A stretch of 12,292 nt of DNA from sequence record NZ_CP118941.1. One strand, given 5' to 3'. The translations under genes were made by a program, and so were the position numbers. Positions 1 to 7,674 of the stretch are shown one piece after another. Within the stretch, counting starts at the first letter, position 1; each line of letters starts with the position of its first letter. The notes beneath the pieces were generated by a model, which did no database searches, was not told the origin of the DNA, and worked only from the letters and a program-made list of their open reading frames with translations. The DNA comes from a plasmid.

Positions 1-224
1 ATGCCCTTCAAGGTAGATACTGAAAATAGGAAGATGCTTGTGTGCAATTACTTTGGTCTGGAGCTTCAGAAGCAGGGACGCTCTGGCCAATATAATGGTT
101 CCATATCAAGGCGGATGATTGGAAACGACCTAATTTACTGCCTTATTGTTTTCATAAATGAGCATCCTAACGGCTATGTTAGTCAGGTGTTTTATTCTGT
201 GACCGGAAATACAAGCAATGGAAC
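1..224 (+). pseudogene. 5' part of an AT-rich hypothetical ORF (orfA), interrupted at ~224 by IS insertion; may also be partial at the window edge
   Basis: The six-frame ORF starts at position 1 and runs through the IS junction at 224, so its C-terminal residues are encoded by IS sequence. The AT-rich composition matches the DNA to the right of the second IS copy. No recognisable motif. Confidence 0.3.
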
Positions 225-1315
225 CGCGAATTCAACTCCGAAGTGCAACACCCGCCAAATCAAGCAACCTGTCGTAGTTCATCAAACACGATCTGCGGTT
301 GCCTGAAATCCAAACATTTGCGCGGTCTAAGGTTGAGTCGCCGCTCGAAGGCCGACAACTCATCCGGGCTGAGCTGGCTCAGGTCGCTGCCCTTGGGCAC
401 ATACTGCCGCAACAAGCCATTGCTGTTCTCGTTCAGACCTCGCTCCCACGCGCTGTATGGATGCGCGAAGTAAAACTGGGCATTTAGCACCTTGGCTACT
501 CGCTCATGTTCCACAAATTCACTGCCATTGTCCGCGGTGATTGTATGAACATGTGCCTTGTAGGGCTCTAGCATGCAGATGATGGCATCGGCCACTGCAG
601 CTGCCGTCTTGGCAGGCACATACTGCACTAGGTAGAGTCGGCTCTTACGCTCGGCCAGTGTCACGATGGCACCACTACCTTGTTTGCCCGAAACGGTATC
701 CACCTCCCAGTCACCCAATCGGCTACGAGAGTCGACTATCGCTGGGCGCTCATCGATCGATACCGGGTTGGGGATCACGCAGCGCTTGGCATTCTGTCCC
801 TTACGGTAACGTTTGTGGCCTTGCCGCAAGTGACGGAACAGCTTGCCACCGTTGGCCTTATCCTGCGCCACATAGCGGTAGATCCACTCATGACTGACAG
901 GGCAACCAATGCGCCTGCAGACCGAGCTTATCTGCTCCGGACTCCAGTCTGCGGCCAACGCCATGGTCACGAAAATAAGGGTATCTTCCGGGACACGATA
1001 TTTGCTGCTGGAACATCGTCGCAGGGTGGCCGATTGATGAGCCTCTGCTGGTTGATAACCTTGCGCACACCGGTTGCGACGGAGTTCGCGACTAATGGTG
1101 GATGGATGCACACCCACCTTGCGGGCAATCATTGCTTGGCTCAAGCCATGGTCATGAAGGCAGGCGATCTGGTATCGTTGTCCTTCGGTCAACTGATGGT
1201 ATCTCATGGTGTTCCGCTTTGTTTCTTTGGCGAGAAGAAGCGTACCAGAACCGGCAGTTGGCCTCTTCTCTCCTATGCACCATGGGTGTTGCAGTTATTA
1301 TCTGAATTCGCGACC
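224..1315 (-). mobile_element. IS30-family insertion sequence, copy 1 (~1088-1092 bp)
   Basis: 224-1315 is base-for-base identical to 3133-4224 (offset 2909). It contains one 315-aa transposase ORF. The termini are imperfect inverted repeats: left CGCGAATTCAACTCCGAAGTGCAACACCC, right (reverse complement) CGCGAATTCAGATAATAACTGCAACACCC. The size is in the IS30-family range. Confidence 0.85.
260..1207 (-). CDS. tnp: IS30-family DDE transposase (315 aa)
   Basis: N-terminal HTH with STISRELRRNR. WSPEQIS motif. GDWEVDTVSG...ERKSRLYL block. C-terminal SAWERGLNENSNGLLRQYVPKG...NLRPRKCLDFRQP. These match the conserved blocks of IS30 transposase (recalled from memory). Confidence 0.85.
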   Translation of the reverse strand: MRYHQLTEGQRYQIACLHDHGLSQAMIARKVGVHPSTISRELRRNRCAQGYQPAEAHQSATLRRCSSSKYRVPEDTLIFVTMALAADWSPEQISSVCRRIGCPVSHEWIYRYVAQDKANGGKLFRHLRQGHKRYRKGQNAKRCVIPNPVSIDERPAIVDSRSRLGDWEVDTVSGKQGSGAIVTLAERKSRLYLVQYVPAKTAAAVADAIICMLEPYKAHVHTITADNGSEFVEHERVAKVLNAQFYFAHPYSAWERGLNENSNGLLRQYVPKGSDLSQLSPDELSAFERRLNLRPRKCLDFRQPQIVFDELRQVA

Positions 1316-1352
1316 CCGTCTTTTAAAACAAAAGCTTGCAACACAAGGGATC

Positions 1353-2414
1353 ATGATGAAAAAGCTGACAGTAGTAGCATTGGCTCTTACCGCCGCCTTC
1401 CAGGCTCAAGCCGTCGAAGTGTACAAAAACGAGAGCACCCTGCTCGACCTCTACGGCCGCATCTACGCCGGCCAGTTCTTCGGCGAGAAGAAAGAGCTGG
1501 ACGCCAACGGTGACATCAAGAACGAATACAGCGACAAGCAGGGGGCTAACCAGTTTGTCCGTCTGGGCGCCAAGGTAGAGAGCGAGATCAACCCGGGTCT
1601 CAAGGCGCTGGCCCAGTACGAACTGCAGATGTACATCAACGACAGCGAGAAGACCGTCAGCGAGAACTCCGACAACCTGCGTACCCGTCTGGCGTTCGCC
1701 GGTGTCGGCGCCAACTGGGGAACCGTCACCTTCGGTCGCCAGAAGGGGGCCCCTGGCTTCCTGGCGGACTGGACTGATGTCTCCCTCTCCGACGGTTACG
1801 GCAACGAGGCACTGGGCGCCAAGACCGACACCTTCGCCACCAACCGCGCCGGCTCCGTGCTGAAGTACTCCGGCCTGTTCAACGGTTTCCAGGTAGATAC
1901 CAGCTACAAGTTCGATGGCGGTGACACCGAAGAGACCTCCAGCAAGGACAGCGATGCCGCCTACGGTGCCGCCGTGGCCTACACCTTCCCGTTCAACCTT
2001 TCCCTGGGGACCGCCTACAACGTGGGCATCCGCGACAAGAGCGGTGAAGAGGATGCCAAGCTGTGGCTGCTCTCCGCCAAGTACGACAACAAGGCCCTCT
2101 ACGCCGCCCTGAGCTATGCCGACGGCAGCGACTTCCTGGCCACCGGCAAGGATCACACCGGCTGGGAAGGGGCGCTGGGTTACAACTTCGAGAGCGGCTT
2201 CGGCCTGATGGCCCTGTGGAACAAGCAGAAGGTGGAGCAGGCTGGCAAGTCTGACTACGACTCCATCGACTACTACACCCTGGGTGCCCAGTACAAGTTC
2301 AACAAGAACCTGCGCGTCATCGGCGAGTACCGCATCAACAACCTCGACAGCCATGACAGCGGCAAGCTCAACACCAAGGATGACTTCCAGCTGGCGGCCC
2401 GCTACGACTTCTAA
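1353..2414 (+). CDS. Gram-negative general porin (OmpC/OmpF-like trimeric porin family), 353 aa with signal peptide
   Basis: ATGATG start at 1353 with AAGGGA Shine-Dalgarno 4-9 nt upstream. Signal peptide MMKKLTVVALALTAAFQAQA with an AQA cleavage site. Beta-barrel-like alternating pattern. C-terminal LAARYDF ends in Phe, typical of porins. The longer listed ORF (1206..) starts inside the IS and is rejected. Confidence 0.85.
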   Translation: MMKKLTVVALALTAAFQAQAVEVYKNESTLLDLYGRIYAGQFFGEKKELDANGDIKNEYSDKQGANQFVRLGAKVESEINPGLKALAQYELQMYINDSEKTVSENSDNLRTRLAFAGVGANWGTVTFGRQKGAPGFLADWTDVSLSDGYGNEALGAKTDTFATNRAGSVLKYSGLFNGFQVDTSYKFDGGDTEETSSKDSDAAYGAAVAYTFPFNLSLGTAYNVGIRDKSGEEDAKLWLLSAKYDNKALYAALSYADGSDFLATGKDHTGWEGALGYNFESGFGLMALWNKQKVEQAGKSDYDSIDYYTLGAQYKFNKNLRVIGEYRINNLDSHDSGKLNTKDDFQLAARYDF

Positions 2415-2436
2415 GTCGGCAACCACCTGACGACAC

Positions 2437-2467
2437 GGCGCGCAGAGCACTCTGCGCGCCGTTTTTT
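2437..2467 (+). terminator. Rho-independent terminator downstream of the porin gene
   Basis: Perfect 10-bp stem GGCGCGCAGA / TCTGCGCGCC with loop GCAC, followed by GTTTTTT. It lies between the convergent porin and methyltransferase genes. Confidence 0.6.
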
Positions 2468-2473
2468 ATTGCG

Positions 2474-3172
2474 TCAGGCCAGGGGTTTGTACGCCGACAC
2501 CAGCAACAGCATGGGGCGCTCCGCCTCCTCCGCCAGGGCCGGGTTGGCCGCAATCTGCGCCGCCGTCGGCCCCCACTCCTCCACGCGGCGGATCTGGAAC
2601 CCGGCGGCGACAAGGGCATTGAGGTAGGTGCCCAGGGTGCGGTGATACTTGACCACCCCCTCCGCCAGCCAGTTGCTGACCCGCTTGCCCTCGGCCTGGT
2701 AGCCGTTGACGGGCCAGGAGCGGCGTCCCTCTGCATCCACCAGCCAGCCCTGCGGCTGCGGGCAGGTGAAGATGGGGTGCTCCACCGAGAACACCAGGCT
2801 GCCGCCAGCCACCAGCGCACAGTGGATCTCCGCAAACAGCGGCGCCACCTCGGGCAGGTAGTGCAGCGCCAGGGAACTGTAGATGAGATCGAAAGGCTCA
2901 TCGGACAGCGCAAGACCGTCCAGATCCCCCTGCCGATAGCGGATGGTCTCATCCCGGGTCAGCTCGGCGGCACGGGCCAGCATCTTCGCGGAGAGATCGA
3001 TACCGACCACATCGGCAGCCCCGAGATCTCTGGCTGCCCGGCAGAACCAGCCATAACCGCAGCCCAGATCCAGCACCCGCTTGCCGGCAAGATCCGGCAG
3101 CATGGCTTGCAGCGCCGGCCACTCCGGCGCCCCCGCGAATTCAACTCCGAAGTGCAACACCCGCCAAATCAA
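2474..3172 (-). CDS. Class I SAM-dependent methyltransferase (Methyltransf_11/25-like); 5' end apparently replaced by IS-derived sequence
   Basis: Motif I VLDLGCGYGWF, followed by an acidic residue and the DLS..ML motif region. The motif sits only ~33 residues from the ORF start. The first 12-13 codons (3172..3134) lie inside IS copy 2. Confidence 0.75.
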   Translation of the reverse strand: MIWRVLHFGVEFAGAPEWPALQAMLPDLAGKRVLDLGCGYGWFCRAARDLGAADVVGIDLSAKMLARAAELTRDETIRYRQGDLDGLALSDEPFDLIYSSLALHYLPEVAPLFAEIHCALVAGGSLVFSVEHPIFTCPQPQGWLVDAEGRRSWPVNGYQAEGKRVSNWLAEGVVKYHRTLGTYLNALVAAGFQIRRVEEWGPTAAQIAANPALAEEAERPMLLLVSAYKPLA

Positions 3173-4224
3173 GCAACCTGTCGTAGTTCATCAAACACGA
3201 TCTGCGGTTGCCTGAAATCCAAACATTTGCGCGGTCTAAGGTTGAGTCGCCGCTCGAAGGCCGACAACTCATCCGGGCTGAGCTGGCTCAGGTCGCTGCC
3301 CTTGGGCACATACTGCCGCAACAAGCCATTGCTGTTCTCGTTCAGACCTCGCTCCCACGCGCTGTATGGATGCGCGAAGTAAAACTGGGCATTTAGCACC
3401 TTGGCTACTCGCTCATGTTCCACAAATTCACTGCCATTGTCCGCGGTGATTGTATGAACATGTGCCTTGTAGGGCTCTAGCATGCAGATGATGGCATCGG
3501 CCACTGCAGCTGCCGTCTTGGCAGGCACATACTGCACTAGGTAGAGTCGGCTCTTACGCTCGGCCAGTGTCACGATGGCACCACTACCTTGTTTGCCCGA
3601 AACGGTATCCACCTCCCAGTCACCCAATCGGCTACGAGAGTCGACTATCGCTGGGCGCTCATCGATCGATACCGGGTTGGGGATCACGCAGCGCTTGGCA
3701 TTCTGTCCCTTACGGTAACGTTTGTGGCCTTGCCGCAAGTGACGGAACAGCTTGCCACCGTTGGCCTTATCCTGCGCCACATAGCGGTAGATCCACTCAT
3801 GACTGACAGGGCAACCAATGCGCCTGCAGACCGAGCTTATCTGCTCCGGACTCCAGTCTGCGGCCAACGCCATGGTCACGAAAATAAGGGTATCTTCCGG
3901 GACACGATATTTGCTGCTGGAACATCGTCGCAGGGTGGCCGATTGATGAGCCTCTGCTGGTTGATAACCTTGCGCACACCGGTTGCGACGGAGTTCGCGA
4001 CTAATGGTGGATGGATGCACACCCACCTTGCGGGCAATCATTGCTTGGCTCAAGCCATGGTCATGAAGGCAGGCGATCTGGTATCGTTGTCCTTCGGTCA
4101 ACTGATGGTATCTCATGGTGTTCCGCTTTGTTTCTTTGGCGAGAAGAAGCGTACCAGAACCGGCAGTTGGCCTCTTCTCTCCTATGCACCATGGGTGTTG
4201 CAGTTATTATCTGAATTCGCGACC
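3133..4224 (-). mobile_element. IS30-family insertion sequence, copy 2 (identical to copy 1, same orientation)
   Basis: 100% identity to 224-1315. Same inverted repeats and same transposase ORF. Confidence 0.85.
3169..4116 (-). CDS. tnp: IS30-family DDE transposase (315 aa), second copy
   Basis: Protein identical to that of 260..1207. Confidence 0.85.
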   Translation of the reverse strand: MRYHQLTEGQRYQIACLHDHGLSQAMIARKVGVHPSTISRELRRNRCAQGYQPAEAHQSATLRRCSSSKYRVPEDTLIFVTMALAADWSPEQISSVCRRIGCPVSHEWIYRYVAQDKANGGKLFRHLRQGHKRYRKGQNAKRCVIPNPVSIDERPAIVDSRSRLGDWEVDTVSGKQGSGAIVTLAERKSRLYLVQYVPAKTAAAVADAIICMLEPYKAHVHTITADNGSEFVEHERVAKVLNAQFYFAHPYSAWERGLNENSNGLLRQYVPKGSDLSQLSPDELSAFERRLNLRPRKCLDFRQPQIVFDELRQVA

Positions 4225-4247
4225 TGGGAAGCCAAAATGGAAAGGTA

Positions 4248-4568
4248 ATGCATTTGAAATACATTCACTTCGCCACTAACAGAAATCCTAAGGAAAATAC
4301 AATAAAGCAAGGTTTGCTGCTTAGTAAAAAATTTATAGAATCACCTCGGTGGACATTGCTTTTCTCAAAGGAAAACCATTCCAATGCAAGTGATAATGAT
4401 TTTTCCTTTAACGGAACCAAAGTTTGGCAGGATGTAAGGTCTGGTTTGTTAGTCGTTGAGTCATATTCAAGTAATCGCAATGGCGTGGTAAATTCGATTA
4501 GCTTTAAAGAAACTGCAGAGTGGCCAGAATCAACAAGCGAAACCAAAAATGCAGAACCGCCGTTTTAG
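4248..4568 (+). CDS. Hypothetical protein (106 aa), AT-rich backbone gene (orfB)
   Basis: The ORF starts at an ATG embedded in AGGTAATG. If the composite element is removed, the reconstructed upstream orfA ends with a TAA that overlaps this ATG (TAATG coupling). The opposite-strand ORF 4265..4546 was rejected. No recognisable domain. Confidence 0.35.
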   Translation: MHLKYIHFATNRNPKENTIKQGLLLSKKFIESPRWTLLFSKENHSNASDNDFSFNGTKVWQDVRSGLLVVESYSSNRNGVVNSISFKETAEWPESTSETKNAEPPF

Positions 4569-4908
4569 CGTGATGGGATTGCATCCTAGATGCGTTACTA
4601 CTGTAACGTACTCGTGATGGTCGTGGTGGAGCCAGTTGTTCATGGCATCGGTATCAACTCAGAAGGTGAGTGAGCCACGGTTAATCAGAGACCTGTTGTA
4701 TTGAGGCCAGTTGGTGATGGGATGAAGCGCCTTGCCCATGAATGCTGACTTGAAGGGGATGGTGGTGATCAGATCACCGCCTCCTCAGTTAGTTCCACCA
4801 AGCCGCATCGATTTGGGCAACACGGGCGTATCAGGTCAACCTCAGTTACAGTGGTAAACCCCGCAGCCCATTGCTTCAGGGAGTCTACTACTTGATGATG
4901 TAGGCCAA

Positions 4909-5049
4909 TCATATCTCCTCGTAAGGATCAGCATCAATAGCACGTCCAGTGTCGTCCCAGTCTGGATCTTCCTCACCAAACTCGGGCAGCACATCCTCAA
5001 ACATGTTGTCCTCGTCTTCAGGGTAATCAGATTCAAATTCACCGTACAT
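4909..5049 (-). CDS. Small hyper-acidic protein, 46 aa (MYGEFESDYPEDEDNMFEDVLPEFGEEDPDWDDTGRAIDADPYEEI)
   Basis: Hand translation of the minus strand. GGAG Shine-Dalgarno about 8 nt upstream of the ATG (..CTTGGAGTGAAAGATG). 20 of 46 residues are D/E and there is one basic residue. It is below the 60-aa cutoff of the ORF track. The overlapping listed 87-aa ORF looks random. Confidence 0.45.
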   Translation of the reverse strand: MYGEFESDYPEDEDNMFEDVLPEFGEEDPDWDDTGRAIDADPYEEI

Positions 5050-5174
5050 CTTTCACTCCAAGTTTGATCTAGGGGTTGGCACACCCAAGCGTTTATTAAA
5101 CACACACGCAGGATTTTACAGGTTGAAGTTCAACTGCTGGGCTCATTGAGCGAATCAACTCTTAATGAGTTGCA

Positions 5175-5582
5175 CTACAGATCACTTAATTCTGTTGGGG
5201 TCGTTTTGAATTTACCGGTTTGCTTGTTTACGTGATGGAGTTCTTGTGACTGGAAATCACCCATATGCTGACCGTCTAGGAACATCGCAACATTATACTG
5301 TATTAAGCAGACCCATTCCGTTTGAGTTCCCATGCTTTTAATGACTTTTAATGCAGAAAAATAGTTGCCAGATTTATTTTCACCTTCATCCTCAATCGTG
5401 GCAATATTGGCATACCTGTCCCCAAAAGCGGTGCACTGTTCGAATGCAGGCCCAGGAATATATTTGCCATCGACCATTTTTTCTTGAGGCCAATCAATCC
5501 CCAAGTCACCCGCGAATGCACTTTGAGAAAGCATGGAAAAATAACATGCCAAAGTAATAAATAGTGCTCGTGGCAAATGCAT
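5175..5582 (-). CDS. Secreted/periplasmic hypothetical protein (135 aa) with Sec signal peptide
   Basis: An internal Met of the 201-aa ORF begins MHLPRALFITLACYFSMLSQSAFA followed by GD, a classic n-h-c signal peptide with an AFA cleavage site. AGGA Shine-Dalgarno 7 nt upstream. The 66 codons further upstream have no ribosome-binding site and are AT-rich. Confidence 0.55.
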   Translation of the reverse strand: MHLPRALFITLACYFSMLSQSAFAGDLGIDWPQEKMVDGKYIPGPAFEQCTAFGDRYANIATIEDEGENKSGNYFSALKVIKSMGTQTEWVCLIQYNVAMFLDGQHMGDFQSQELHHVNKQTGKFKTTPTELSDL

Positions 5583-6006
5583 GATAATTCCTATATGTTG
5601 CTCAGTAAAAATAGATATTGGCTTGGCGCGTTTTGTACTATTCAGTGCCTTGTAGATTACATTATATATCCTGAATGGATACTGCATAAGCCTCCCCATG
5701 TCGGTGGTGATCTCATCCGTTGCTAAATAGCTGTTCCGAATAGTAGAACACTGCTCTCGTGTTGCCTTCTCAAGTGGCATTGATCACGCATAGTCGGTCT
5801 AAGCCTTGTCATGTCCGGCTTTGCCACCTGATGGCAGGGATGCCTCACACCACAAGGGAAGGCAATAAAAGCAGGGTGATGCCGCTGTGCAAAACAACCT
5901 GGGATGGATGTATCAAGAAGGTCGTGCTGTGCTACAGGACGATCAGTAGGCAGTGGTCACCTCACGGGATGAGCCCTTGTTAGCCTGCAAGATGGGTTGT
6001 CTTGCC

Positions 6007-6066
6007 GGGCGTTATCTCCCATTCTGCGCCCCCCTACACGGGGGAGCGTTCGCCAGTTTGGGGGCT
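6007..6066. repeat. Left copy of an imperfect ~50-60 bp direct repeat (candidate att / recombination site) with CCCCC-N5-GGGGG hairpin
   Basis: GGGCGTTAT..GCGCCCCCCTACACGGGGGAGCGTTCGCCAGTTTGGGGGCT aligns with 11904-11953. The last 14 bp, CCAGTTTGGGGGCT, are identical in both copies. The left copy carries a 10-bp insertion (CTCCCATTCT). Confidence 0.6.
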
Positions 6067-6175
6067 TACTGCAGGGCTGCCGCGCTATGCTTGGCGGCCC
6101 CCCCGCCCCGAGCGCGACAGACTGCGCTAGTCGCCCCGTTGCTGGGACTTTGTTTACTGCATGGTTCGGTAGTCG

Positions 6176-6205
6176 TTATAATGTAATTGCGATTGTAATT
6201 ACGGA
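6176..6205 (+). promoter_or_regulatory. Putative promoter -10 (TATAAT at 6177) and operator (TGTAATT-N5-TGTAATTAC) of the relBE operon
   Basis: A TATAAT hexamer lies 34 nt upstream of the antitoxin ATG. Direct repeats of TGTAATT sit at 6182 and 6194, overlapping the palindrome GTAATTAC. This is typical of an autoregulated TA operator. The -35 is weak (TTTACT with a 19-nt spacer). Confidence 0.4.
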
Positions 6206-6215
6206 GTGTGTGGAA

Positions 6216-6458
6216 ATGGGGACGATTAACCTTCGCATCGACGACGACTTAAAGGCTCGTTCGTATGCGGTTCTTGATAGGCTCGGTGTCACCCCCTCGG
6301 AGCTGCTGCGGCAAACCCTGGAGTATGTTGCTTCCCAGGAGCGGTTGCCGTTTCGGACGACCGTGGTAACGGAGGATGAGGAGGCGCTGCTTGCCCTCGT
6401 TCGTGAGCGGCTGGCCAGCCCCCAGAAAGGGATCAGGGTGTCGCTGGATGACCTTTGA
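6216..6458 (+). CDS. relB: RelB/DinJ (StbD)-family RHH antitoxin, 80 aa
   Basis: MGTINLRIDDDLKARSYAVLDRLGVTPSELLRQTL..LPF is the DinJ/RelB ribbon-helix-helix signature. GGAG Shine-Dalgarno ~9 nt upstream. It overlaps the downstream toxin gene by 11 nt. Confidence 0.75.
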   Translation: MGTINLRIDDDLKARSYAVLDRLGVTPSELLRQTLEYVASQERLPFRTTVVTEDEEALLALVRERLASPQKGIRVSLDDL

Positions 6459-6735
6459 GCTTGAGTTCGATCCACGAGCGTGGAAGGAGTGGAAGAAGCT
6501 GGGTGATACCGTGCGCCAGCAGTTCAAGAAGAAGCTGGCAGAGGTACTGGAGCGACCAAGGGTCGAGGCCAACCGCCTGCATGGGCTGCCGGATTGCTAC
6601 AAGATCAAGCTGCGTGGGGCGGGGTATCGGTTGGTGTACCAGGTACAGGATGATCGGGTGCTGGTATTCGTGGTCGCGGTGGGGAAACGAGAGCGGGAGC
6701 AGGTGTATTTGGACGCTGGCTCGAGGCTGGAATAG
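6448..6735 (+). CDS. relE: RelE/StbE-family toxin (mRNA interferase), 95 aa
   Basis: MTFELEFDPRAWKEWKKLGDTVRQQFKKKLAEVLERPRV...YKIKLRGAGYRLVYQVQDDRVLVFVVAVGKRER closely follows the plasmid StbE/RelE consensus (recalled). The start overlaps the end of the antitoxin gene. Confidence 0.8.
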   Translation: MTFELEFDPRAWKEWKKLGDTVRQQFKKKLAEVLERPRVEANRLHGLPDCYKIKLRGAGYRLVYQVQDDRVLVFVVAVGKREREQVYLDAGSRLE

Positions 6736-6784
6736 GTGAAGTTGCCGAGGGGTGGCTAGTGCGGTAATAACCGGGAGCAGGTTG

Positions 6785-7126
6785 ATGATTATCCACCGTG
6801 GTGAGGCTTGGCAGAGCGCACAGGTTGAGGCTGCATTGAGCGAGGCTGATGCTGGTGACTTTGTGCCGGAAAAAGATATGGCGGCGAAGCTCAATCAGTT
6901 GGGCAAGCGGAAAAAAGCAGAGGCTGACGGTTGGGCTCAGGATAACCATGAGGCCATCCAAGAACTTAACCGGATGGTCGAAGAGCGCGGTCTGTTTTCC
7001 GATGGCTTATTTAAGATCGAGCAGATCATGGAGAGGGTTCGCAAGGGAGAAGAGGTTCTGCATTCGCTGGACGATGTCGAACGAGAGCTTAGCCGGGATG
7101 ATCCGAGGTGTATCACGGATGTGTAG
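6785..7126 (+). CDS. Orphan RHH-type antitoxin-like protein with CcdA/ParD-like C-terminal motif (113 aa)
   Basis: Start chosen at ATG 6785, which has GGAG 8 nt upstream. The segment AEADGWAQDNHEAIQELNRMVEERGLFSDG resembles the CcdA C-terminus, WKAENQEGMAEVARFIEMNGSFADE (recalled). No ccdB-like ORF follows. Confidence 0.35.
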   Translation: MIIHRGEAWQSAQVEAALSEADAGDFVPEKDMAAKLNQLGKRKKAEADGWAQDNHEAIQELNRMVEERGLFSDGLFKIEQIMERVRKGEEVLHSLDDVERELSRDDPRCITDV

Positions 7127-7674
7127 ACGACCGAATACTTAGGGGTCGCTTCAGAATTCGGAAATTAAAGCACGTTAAGAGATCCGATACCCAGCAACTG
7201 CGCGGCTTTGCGCAAGCTGCCAACCCCTAGAAACAGCATTTTCGTGGTTCTCGAAACTCGGCTGTTTCAGCCGTGCAATATGAGAGTGGTTTTCGAGAAA
7301 GCAACATGCCATACCAGCACTAGCGCGGATCTGATTCTCATTGAAGCCTCTCAAAAACGATCGTTTGCGAGAAGCTAGACCATGCCAGCGGCTTACCGTA
7401 CGATTTTTTCCGTTTTCTGAGGTGACCCCACTTATGAGTATTGCGCCCTGTATCAGGCAGCTAAAGACGAGGCGTTTTCTTCACCAGGTGAAGAGTATTC
7501 AGCCGCATTTTATTACTTGTCGCGCATCAACTGGCTCGGTCTTATGGATGCTCAACGAATCGCCCAAGAGGCTTCAGAACGGGTTTTATTCGTTCGTACT
7601 AACGAAAGGAAATGTGAAGGAAAGTTAGATGCGGCTAACGTTGCTCATGTCTAGGCACCTGCGGTAACGTATTG

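Noticed and set aside
1336-1343. TGCAACAC in the porin leader as a remnant of a third IS end
   Set aside because: Only 8 bp match and the surrounding bases do not align with the inverted repeat. It is mentioned only as a possible reflection of IS30 target preference.
680-1513. 277-aa plus-strand ORF (and its twin 3589..4248) overlapping the IS transposase on the opposite strand
   Set aside because: It is antisense to a well-supported transposase gene. There is no ribosome-binding site or motif, and its frame runs across the IS boundary. It is a typical shadow ORF in GC-rich DNA.
1323-2450. 375-aa minus-strand ORF spanning the whole porin gene
   Set aside because: It is the shadow frame of a high-GC porin gene. 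The protein is low-complexity and rich in V, A, G and L. The porin assignment on the plus strand is far stronger.
2368-3382. ORFs 2368..2952 (-) and 2642..3382 (+) overlapping the methyltransferase
   Set aside because: Arg- and Pro-rich shadow frames of the methyltransferase gene. The methyltransferase motifs occur only in the 2474..3172 frame.
4265-4546. 93-aa minus-strand ORF overlapping orfB
   Set aside because: The plus-strand ORF is preferred. Its ATG forms a TAATG overlap with the reconstructed upstream ORF, and it has AAGG upstream. The two ORFs cannot both be coding.
4842-5105. 87-aa minus-strand ORF (MCLINAWVCQ...)
   Set aside because: The sequence looks random and Cys-rich, and it has no ribosome-binding site. 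The same DNA in another frame encodes the 46-aa acidic protein with a clear GGAG ribosome-binding site.
5583-5780. N-terminal 66 codons of the 201-aa ORF 5175..5780
   Set aside because: A textbook signal peptide begins at the internal Met (5582) and has its own AGGA Shine-Dalgarno. The upstream extension is AT-rich leader with no start context.
6752-6784. Upstream ATG (6752) for the CcdA-like gene
   Set aside because: It has no Shine-Dalgarno, whereas ATG 6785 has GGAG at the correct spacing.
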